Shown here piece by piece: positions 57,063 to 64,000 of a DNA stretch of 64,000 bases. Made by a program: the position numbers and the translations under genes. Source of the stretch: Thermoanaerobaculia bacterium. Lineage in GTDB: Bacteria > Acidobacteriota > Thermoanaerobaculia > UBA5066 > Gp7-AA6. Position 1 is the first letter of the stretch, and each line of letters opens with the position of its first letter. Location: NCBI GenBank assembly GCA_035498405.1, contig DATKAE010000084.1, positions 90,544 through 154,543 of the forward strand, given 5' to 3'. The notes beneath the pieces are model-generated. The model was not told where the DNA came from. It searched no databases and saw only the letters and a program-made list of their open reading frames with translations.

Positions 57063-58130
57063 GTGAACAAGACCCTCGACACTCGAGCCCGAGCCATCCT
57101 CCGGGAAATCATCCGGGTCCACGTGGACACGGGGTTGCCGGTGTCTTCGCGGACGCTCTTCAAGTCGAGCCGCTTCGGGCTCTCTCCCGCTTCGATCCGC
57201 AACATCATGGCCGACCTGACCGACGGCGGCTTCTTGACGCAGCCGCACACGTCGGCGGGGAGGGTACCCACCGACCGGGCCTACCGCTTCTACATCGACG
57301 AGCTGATGCGTCACCGCAAGGTGGCCTTCGACCTGCGCGAGCAGGTGGACTCGGATCTGGCCTCCGCCGGAGGCGACATCACACGGCTCTTCCAGGCAGC
57401 CTCGAGGCTGCTCGCAGAGCTTGCGGGGGAAGTCGGCTTCGTCGTGGCGCCCGACGCGCTCCACACGGTCTTGAAGAGCCTGAGATTCCTTTCGGTCGCC
57501 CCGCACAAGATCCTCGTCGTTCAGGTCAACGAGCCGGACGTCGTCATCTCACGGGTCCTCGAGACCGACGTCGAGTACTCGCAGACGGAACTCGAAGCGG
57601 CCAGCGCGCAGCTGACCCGCGACTACGGAGGACTCACGCTCGAGCAAGTGCGGCGCAAGCTGCTCGAGGACCTGGCCGAAGAACGCGCGGCTTGCGACCG
57701 GATGTTCGAGCGCGCCCGCGGCCTCGCGCAACGGGCGCTCGAACGGCACGAACCGGAGGAAAGGATCTACGTCGAGGGCACGGCTCAATTGCTGGACAAG
57801 CCGGAGTTCTCCGACGTCGAGACTCTGCGCAAGGTGCTCCACAGTTTCGACGAGAAGGCGCGACTGCTTTCGCTCTTCGCGCGCTACCTGGAGGCGCCGG
57901 GGACCTGTGTCGTCCTGGGGTCCGAGCACGCGGTGACGGAGGATCCGCGCCTGTCTGCGGTCTTGACGTCTTACCGCTCGGGAGAGACACTGACGGGAAT
58001 GCTCGGAGTCATTGGGCCTGCGCGGCGGGAGTATCCCCGCGTCATCCCGGTCGTGGAGCTCTTGGGCCGGGCGCTCTCGGACCGCCTCGAGGGGCGCGAG
58101 GCGCCGGTGTCCAAGACGGACGAAGAATGA
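57063..58130 (+). CDS. hrcA: heat-inducible transcription repressor HrcA
   Basis: LDTRARAILREIIRVHVDTGLPVSSRTL...HTSAGRVPTDRAYRFY. GTG 57063 is chosen because the ORF-track start 57021 lies inside the CIRCE operator. Confidence 0.9.
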   Translation: MNKTLDTRARAILREIIRVHVDTGLPVSSRTLFKSSRFGLSPASIRNIMADLTDGGFLTQPHTSAGRVPTDRAYRFYIDELMRHRKVAFDLREQVDSDLASAGGDITRLFQAASRLLAELAGEVGFVVAPDALHTVLKSLRFLSVAPHKILVVQVNEPDVVISRVLETDVEYSQTELEAASAQLTRDYGGLTLEQVRRKLLEDLAEERAACDRMFERARGLAQRALERHEPEERIYVEGTAQLLDKPEFSDVETLRKVLHSFDEKARLLSLFARYLEAPGTCVVLGSEHAVTEDPRLSAVLTSYRSGETLTGMLGVIGPARREYPRVIPVVELLGRALSDRLEGREAPVSKTDEE

Positions 58131-58747
58131 GAGACCGCGAGAATCCCCCCGACCGGCTGGCACCCGACACCGATGACGGCACTCTCGAATTGCAAGACTC
58201 GGGGCAGAGCCTCGAGGAGGCCCTGGCCGAGGAGGAGCGCTCCGCGATCCTGGCGGCCGAGGAGAAGCTCCGGTCGGTGGAGAAGGACCTGGAGGAGCTC
58301 AAGGACCGCCATCTTCGAAAGCTCGCGGAGTTCGACAACATCCGCAAACGCACCGAGCGGGAGAAGCGGGAGCACTTCCGCTCGGCCCTGATGGACCTGG
58401 CCCGCGACTTCCTGCCCATCCTGGACAATCTCGAGCGGGCGATGGCTCACGCCTCGCCCGAGGAGCGCAAGAGCAATTTCGGGCAGGGCATCGGGCTGAT
58501 TCGGCGGCAGTTGATGGACCTCTGGAGGCGCTACGGCCTGGAGGAGGTGGAAACCACGGGCCCGTTCGACCCGAATCGGCACGAGGCGGTGGCGACACAG
58601 GCCACCAAGGAGATCGTGCCCAACAGCATCGTCGAGGTGCTCCAGAAGGGATACGTTTTGAACGACCGGCTCGTGCGGCCGGCTGCGGTGAAGGTATCCG
58701 TTCGCGAGCGGGAATCGGCGGTGGAGAATCCCGACGAGACCTCGTGA
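58127..58747 (+). CDS. grpE: nucleotide exchange factor GrpE
   Basis: LRKLAEFDNIRKRTEREK and FDPNRHEAV motifs. The ATG overlaps the hrcA stop (ATGA). Confidence 0.9.
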   Translation: MRDRENPPDRLAPDTDDGTLELQDSGQSLEEALAEEERSAILAAEEKLRSVEKDLEELKDRHLRKLAEFDNIRKRTEREKREHFRSALMDLARDFLPILDNLERAMAHASPEERKSNFGQGIGLIRRQLMDLWRRYGLEEVETTGPFDPNRHEAVATQATKEIVPNSIVEVLQKGYVLNDRLVRPAAVKVSVRERESAVENPDETS

Positions 58748-58882
58748 GGTCTCCTTGGTGGACCGGTCGGCCCCGTCCTTCGTCGGGCGCCGGCCCGGAA
58801 CCGGGGTAAAATAGCTCCGTAACAGCAACGCCGGACAGAGTTTCTCTCCGGCCCCCTCGTTGGGTGTCTGTCAGGAGGCTTT

Positions 58883-60727
58883 TTGGGCAGGATCCTCGGC
58901 ATCGATCTCGGGACCACGAACTGCTGTGCGGCCGTCGTCGAGGGCGTGACCCCGCAGGTCTTGACGAACCGCGAGGGGAGCCGCACGACCCCGTCGATCG
59001 TCGGATTCACCGAGGACGGCGAGCGGCTCGTCGGCCAGATCGCCAAACGCCAGGCGATCACCAATCCCATGAACACGGTTTTCGCCGTCAAGCGGCTGGT
59101 CGGGCGGAAGTTCGAATCCGAAGAGACGCAACACGCCCGGGAGGTCCTTCCCTACGAGATCGTTCGGGCGGTCAACGGCGACGTGAAGATCCGCGCCCGG
59201 GGGCGCGAGTACAGCCCGGAGGAGATCTCCGCCTTCATCCTGAAGGAGATCAAGGAGTTTTCCGAGGAGATCCTCGGCGAGGAAATCACCGAGGCGATCA
59301 TCACGGTGCCCGCCTACTTCGACGACGCCCAGCGGCAAGCGACGCGCGACGCCGGGAGGATCGCCGGGCTCGAGGTGCTTCGCATCATCAACGAGCCCAC
59401 GGCCGCATCGCTCGCCTACGGTTTGGAGCGGAAGGGAAGCGAGGTCGTCGCCGTCTACGACCTCGGAGGCGGAACGTTCGATATCTCGATCCTGCAGCTG
59501 GGCGAAGGGATCTACGAGGTCAAGGCCACGGCCGGCGACACGTACCTGGGCGGCGAGGACTTCGACAAGAAGATCATGGACTGGCTCCTCGACGACTTCA
59601 AGAAGGCGACGGGCATCGACCTGCGGCAGGACCGCATGGCGCTGCAGCGCCTGAAGGAAGCCGCCGAGAAGGCCAAGTGCGAGCTGTCGACCGCGACGGA
59701 AACCACGATCACCCTGCCGTTCATCTCCGCCGACGCCTCGGGGCCCAAGCACATCAACCGGACGCTGACACGGGATCGGTTGGAAGCGTTGGTCGCCGAC
59801 CTGATCGATCGCACGGCGGCGCCCTGTCTGGATGCCCTGCAATCGGCGGGGCTGAAGCCTTCCGACGTGGATCAGGTCATCCTGGTGGGCGGCCAGACCC
59901 GAACGCCCAAGGTGCAGCGCATGGTCGCCGAGCTCTTCGGTCGGGAGCCCAACCGGGAGATCAACCCGGACGAAGTCGTCGCGATCGGCGCCGCGATCCA
60001 GGGAGGAGTGCTCAAGGGCGAGATCAAGGACGTGGTGCTCTTGGACGTCACGCCCCTGTCGCTCGGCATCGAGACGCACGGCGGCCTGTTCGAAAAGCTG
60101 ATCGAGCGCAACTCGACGATCCCGACCAAGAACACCAAGGTCTTCACGACCGTCGCCGACAACCAGTCCGTCGTCGAGATCCATGTCCTCCAGGGAGAGC
60201 GGGAGGTGGCCAAGGAGAACAAGTCGCTCGGGCGTTTCGAGCTGCTCGGCATCCCGAACGCTCCTCGCGGCATTCCCCAGATCGAGGTCACCTTCGCCAT
60301 CGACTCCAACGGAATCGTCAACGTGTCGGCGCGAGATCTCGCGACCGGGAAGGCGCAGGGAATCCAGATCAACCCGGCGGGCGGGCTGTCGCAGGGCGAG
60401 ATCGATCGAATCATCCGAGAGGCCTCCGCCTTCGCGGAGGCGGACCACCAGCGCCGGGAGCTCGCCCAGGTGCGCAATCGCTTGGAGGGGATGCTCGCTT
60501 CCAACGAGCGCGTCCTGGCCGAGTTCGGGGAAGCGCTGGCCCCGGACGAGCGAGAGCGGATCGAGGAGACGCTGAAGCGCTCCCGGGAGATCGCCACGGG
60601 CGATTCCCGCGAGGCGTTGAACGAGGCGATCTTCGACATGCAGGGGGTCTCGAAGGTCCTGACGCGGATCATGCTTCAACGGGTCAGCGGCGGCGCCGCG
60701 CCCGCGACCCCGCCGACGTCCTCCTAG
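58883..60727 (+). CDS. dnaK: molecular chaperone DnaK (Hsp70)
   Basis: [23 protein letters not shown] and [13 protein letters not shown] motifs. TTG start 4 nt after AGGAGG. Confidence 0.97.
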   Translation: MGRILGIDLGTTNCCAAVVEGVTPQVLTNREGSRTTPSIVGFTEDGERLVGQIAKRQAITNPMNTVFAVKRLVGRKFESEETQHAREVLPYEIVRAVNGDVKIRARGREYSPEEISAFILKEIKEFSEEILGEEITEAIITVPAYFDDAQRQATRDAGRIAGLEVLRIINEPTAASLAYGLERKGSEVVAVYDLGGGTFDISILQLGEGIYEVKATAGDTYLGGEDFDKKIMDWLLDDFKKATGIDLRQDRMALQRLKEAAEKAKCELSTATETTITLPFISADASGPKHINRTLTRDRLEALVADLIDRTAAPCLDALQSAGLKPSDVDQVILVGGQTRTPKVQRMVAELFGREPNREINPDEVVAIGAAIQGGVLKGEIKDVVLLDVTPLSLGIETHGGLFEKLIERNSTIPTKNTKVFTTVADNQSVVEIHVLQGEREVAKENKSLGRFELLGIPNAPRGIPQIEVTFAIDSNGIVNVSARDLATGKAQGIQINPAGGLSQGEIDRIIREASAFAEADHQRRELAQVRNRLEGMLASNERVLAEFGEALAPDERERIEETLKRSREIATGDSREALNEAIFDMQGVSKVLTRIMLQRVSGGAAPATPPTSS

Positions 60728-60878
60728 CCCGGTCTCGATGATCGACCGCGCGGGAATCGCCTTGCTCCTGCCGATTGCGCCCCCGATGCTCCGCCAGCCG
60801 CGCGGCCGCGGCCGAGAGAATGTCGAGGGCGCCCCCGTCTGTTTCGAGAGGGCGACGATGGGAGATTCAGACTAGATC

Positions 60879-61985
60879 ATGGCGGAGCGGCGGGACTACT
60901 ACGAGGTCCTCGGGGTCTCTCGCGAGGCGGAGGCCGGCGAGTTGAAGTCGGCCTACCGACGCCTCGCGATGGACTCGCACCCGGACCGAAACCCGAACGA
61001 TCCGGAGGCCGCGGAGCGTTTCAAGGAGGCTTCGGAGGCCTATGCGGTGCTCTCCGATCCCGAGAAGCGGGCCCGGTACGACCGCTTCGGCCACGCGGGC
61101 GTCTCGGGCGCAGCCGGGCCAGGGTTTGCGGGCTTCGACCCTTCGGTTTTCGGCGACTTTTCGGACCTCTTCGGCGAGCTCTTCGGGTTTGGGTCCGCCG
61201 GCGGTACCACCCGGCAAACGGCGGGAAGCGACCTCGTTTATCGCATCGAGATCTCCCTGCGGGAGGCGGCATTCGGGGCGGAGGCGCCTCTGGTGGTCTC
61301 GCGCCTGGAGCGCTGCGGGACCTGTTCCGGATCGGGCGCGGCGTCCGGGTCTCGGCCGCGAGTCTGTCCGGCGTGCGGCGGGCGCGGACGGCAGCGTTTC
61401 TCGCAGGGCTTTCTCTCGGTCACGCGTCCTTGTGCTCCCTGCCGCGGAGAAGGTCAGCTGATCGAGCGTCCGTGCGGGGACTGCCACGGTGACGGCCGGC
61501 GGCGCGCCTCGCACAAGCTGGAGATCAGGATTCCCGCCGGAGTCGAGACGGGTTCTCGCTTGCGCCTGGCGGGGGAGGGAGACGCGGGTCCCAAGGGAGG
61601 CCCTCCAGGCGACCTCTACGTCATCCTGACCGTCGCCGAGGACGAGATCTTCCAGAGAGAGGACGACGACGCGATTCTGTATTTGGACCTGCCGTTTCCG
61701 ACCCTCGTGCTCGGTGGGGAGGTCGAGATCCCGACCCTCGAAGAGCCGGAAAAGATCCAGATCGCGGCGGGGACGGCGGCCGGCTCGGAGATTCGACTGC
61801 GCGGAAGGGGCCTCGGGCGGCTCGACCGACGGGGCCGGGGCGACCTGGTCTTGCGCGCGGGCGTGGTCGTTCCGAAGAGCCCGACGGCGCCGGAGAAGGA
61901 GTTACTGCGCCAGTACGCCGAGTTGACGAAGGCTCCCATCGGCCAGAAGGGCGTCCTACGAAAGGCGAAAAAGATCTTCTCCTAG
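60879..61985 (+). CDS. dnaJ: co-chaperone DnaJ (Hsp40)
   Basis: J domain DYYEVLGVSREA...HPDRNP, G/F region, four CxxCxGxG-type zinc motifs. Confidence 0.95.
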   Translation: MAERRDYYEVLGVSREAEAGELKSAYRRLAMDSHPDRNPNDPEAAERFKEASEAYAVLSDPEKRARYDRFGHAGVSGAAGPGFAGFDPSVFGDFSDLFGELFGFGSAGGTTRQTAGSDLVYRIEISLREAAFGAEAPLVVSRLERCGTCSGSGAASGSRPRVCPACGGRGRQRFSQGFLSVTRPCAPCRGEGQLIERPCGDCHGDGRRRASHKLEIRIPAGVETGSRLRLAGEGDAGPKGGPPGDLYVILTVAEDEIFQREDDDAILYLDLPFPTLVLGGEVEIPTLEEPEKIQIAAGTAAGSEIRLRGRGLGRLDRRGRGDLVLRAGVVVPKSPTAPEKELLRQYAELTKAPIGQKGVLRKAKKIFS

Positions 61986-61994
61986 GTCGATCCG

Positions 61995-62882
61995 TTGCGT
62001 CCCGAGCTCTCCCGACCTCGGAACGGGCAGCGGACTCCTGAAAACCGCTTGGCTGTCACGAGGTACTCCCGCCTTCTCGTCGCCCGCAAGGCCAAGGACG
62101 ACGCTCTGATCGGGCTGCTTTCGCTTCACGCGCCTCTCGGACTGCTCGAGCAGGGGCGGGACCTGGTGGCTTGCTTTCGGACGGCCGCCGCGGCGCGAGA
62201 GGCGAAGACGGCCGTCGCGCAGCATGGATACCATGCCACACTCGCGACCGATCTGCCCGAGGGGGATCCCCTGGAGGTGTTTCGAGCTCGCTCGCGTCCC
62301 TTCCCGGTCGGCGAGCGTCTCTGGATCGACCCCGGGGATCCCGGCGAAGGCCTGCCTCCGACCGCAAGAATCGCGCTGCGGCTTCCGGCTTCCCGCGCCT
62401 TCGGAACCGGGAGCCACGAGTCGACACGACTCGCGCTCGCGGCGCTCGAAGAGGAGGTGCGTCCCGGGGCTTCCGTGCTCGACGCGGGAACGGGATCCGG
62501 GATCCTGGCGCTGGCCGCGGTAGCACTGGGCGCCCGCTTCGCGGTCGGCTTCGACACGGATCTGGACGCGGTCTTCGTGGCTCGCGAGAATGCGCGGCGG
62601 CATTCCTTTGGGCCCCGGGTCGCCTTTTTCGCAGGCCCGGCCGCGGCCACGGCGTCGAAGTTTGCGATCGTCGTGGCCAACTTGCTGCCCGGGGAGTTGC
62701 TTCCGCTGTTGTCCGCCTTGAGCGCGCGCCTCGAGCCCGGAGGACGCCTGATCCTGTCGGGAATTCCGTCGGATCGCGAGCGAGAGATCCTGGCGCGATC
62801 CCGGACGCGGCGCCTCCTGCTGGCCGCGCTTTACCGCGAAAGCGGCTGGAGCTGTCTCTGTCTTTCGCGCGCTTCTTCGTAG
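61995..62882 (+). CDS. prmA: ribosomal protein L11 methyltransferase PrmA
   Basis: FGTGSHESTRLALAALE and SAM motif VLDAGTGSGILALAA. Confidence 0.85.
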   Translation: MRPELSRPRNGQRTPENRLAVTRYSRLLVARKAKDDALIGLLSLHAPLGLLEQGRDLVACFRTAAAAREAKTAVAQHGYHATLATDLPEGDPLEVFRARSRPFPVGERLWIDPGDPGEGLPPTARIALRLPASRAFGTGSHESTRLALAALEEEVRPGASVLDAGTGSGILALAAVALGARFAVGFDTDLDAVFVARENARRHSFGPRVAFFAGPAAATASKFAIVVANLLPGELLPLLSALSARLEPGGRLILSGIPSDREREILARSRTRRLLLAALYRESGWSCLCLSRASS

Positions 62883-63568
62883 AACGCCTGCCGAAGACGG
62901 GCGAGAGCCTCCGGCTCTCCGCCGAAGAATCCGCGCACGCGCGGGCCCGCCGGCTGGGTACCGGAGATTCGGTCGTCCTCTTCGACGGCAGCGGCCAGGA
63001 GGCGCTCGCCCGCGTGTCGGTGCGCTCGCGCGGGCAATTCGAGGTCGTCGCCCTGCGGGCTCTCGAAACGGGCCGCGTCGCGCCGCCTTTGACCCTCTAC
63101 GTCGCCGGGGTGCGCCCGGATCGGCTGGCCTGGATCGCCGAGAAGGCGACCGAGCTCGCGGCCTCGCGCATCGTGCTGCTGCGCACGGAGCGGACACAAG
63201 CCTTTCGAGCGGGAGAGGATCTGCGGGATCGCCTCGAGCGTGTCGCGAGGGCCGCGGCCAAGCAATGCGGAGCGGCGCGCTGGCCTCCCATCGACGGCCC
63301 GCTCTCGACTTCCGAGGTGCTCGCGCAGGAGACGGCCGCGCACCGGCTCCTGCTCGATCCCGAGGGCGGCCCGTTTCCTCCGGCGCTCTCGGACGGCGCA
63401 TTGGCTTTGGCCGTCGGGCCGGAAGGAGGCTGGACGGCCGCCGAGATTCGCGCCGCGCAGGCCTCGGGCTGGACGCCCACCTCTCTTCCCGCTGGCCCGC
63501 TTCGCACGGAGACCGCCGCGGTCGCGGGTCTGGTGCTGGCGCGGGCGGCGCGCGAGCGCCTCGGATGA
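62846..63568 (+). CDS. rsmE: 16S rRNA (uracil1498-N3)-methyltransferase RsmE; start codon uncertain
   Basis: ARFFVE N-terminal signature and LAVGPEGGWTAAEI C-terminal motif. No ATG/GTG/TTG occurs in frame near the expected N-terminus. CTG 62846, 62852 and 62858 are the only candidates. Confidence 0.7.
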   Translation: MELSLSFARFFVERLPKTGESLRLSAEESAHARARRLGTGDSVVLFDGSGQEALARVSVRSRGQFEVVALRALETGRVAPPLTLYVAGVRPDRLAWIAEKATELAASRIVLLRTERTQAFRAGEDLRDRLERVARAAAKQCGAARWPPIDGPLSTSEVLAQETAAHRLLLDPEGGPFPPALSDGALALAVGPEGGWTAAEIRAAQASGWTPTSLPAGPLRTETAAVAGLVLARAARERLG

Positions 63569-63700
63569 GGCGCCGAACCGAGACGGCCCACGCTCGTCGC
63601 GAGCGCGGCGCCCACCTTTGTGTGATTGACACCGCCTTTGGCCGCGGAGGATACTGCCGCGTGCCCACCACGCGCCCCGATTCCCTTCGGAGGTGACGCG

Positions 63701-64000
63701 ATGTCCTACGAGGACGTCAAGAAAGTCTGGATGAACGGTCGACTCGTGGACTTCGCCGACGCGAAGATTCACGCGTTCTCGCACGTCTTTCACTACGGGT
63801 CGGCGATGTTCGAGGGGGCGCGCGTCTACAAGACGCGCCGAGGCCCCGCCGCCTTTCGTCTGGACGAGCACATCAAGCGCCTCTACGACTCCTGCCGCGT
63901 CTACCGCATGGAGATTCCCTACACGCGCGAGGAGATTCAGTCGGCCATCTTCGAGACCGTCCGCGCCAACGGCTTCGAGGACTGCTACATCCGCCCGGTG
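63701..64000 (+). CDS. ilvE: branched-chain amino-acid aminotransferase (5' partial, runs off the window)
   Basis: GGAGGTG RBS. VWMNGRLVDFADAKIHAFSHVFHYGSAMFEGARVY is a typical class IV aminotransferase N-terminus. Confidence 0.85.
   Translation, partial: MSYEDVKKVWMNGRLVDFADAKIHAFSHVFHYGSAMFEGARVYKTRRGPAAFRLDEHIKRLYDSCRVYRMEIPYTREEIQSAIFETVRANGFEDCYIRPV

Overview
High-GC bacterial chromosome segment; the phylum cannot be determined from sequence alone. All family calls rest on motif recognition from the translated ORFs; no searches were run.

**Type VI secretion locus (about 1.4-37.4 kb).** All 13 core genes are present: tssJ-K-L-M, three tandem hcp, tssA-B-C, tssE-F-G, clpV and vgrG. Accessory genes are a TagH-like FHA protein, tagF and tagJ. 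No canonical PpkA/PppA kinase/phosphatase pair was seen.

**Cargo module downstream of vgrG.** The gene order is DUF2169, thiolase-like protein, DUF4150 PAAR-like protein, xHH (HNH/EndoVII-like) nuclease, candidate immunity protein, mini-spike protein, then a TIGR02270-like HEAT protein. From memory this resembles the Pseudomonas aeruginosa vgrG1b/Tse7 cluster.

**Most unusual observations:**
- The PAAR-like and nuclease ORFs share one reading frame and are separated by a single TGA.
- A divergently encoded TssB-TssC fusion paralog lacks the sheath-interlocking termini and is paired with an unknown protein.
- A zinc-ribbon protein with a degenerate kinase core lies upstream of the FHA gene.
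- The TagH-like protein carries an internal Clp_N-like double repeat.
- A fourth Hcp-like gene, frameshifted, sits next to tRNA-Leu.
- An NtrC-like regulator has lost its ATPase and sigma-54-contact motifs.

**Remainder of the window (37.4-64 kb).** Housekeeping genes: asparaginase-II family, ubiD family, carD, rarA, guaB, secA, an M23 peptidase, yifB/comM, a LysM lytic transglycosylase, an MglA-like GTPase, a CIRCE-controlled hrcA-grpE-dnaK-dnaJ operon, prmA, rsmE and a partial ilvE.

No CRISPR array, rRNA, transposase or integrase was seen.
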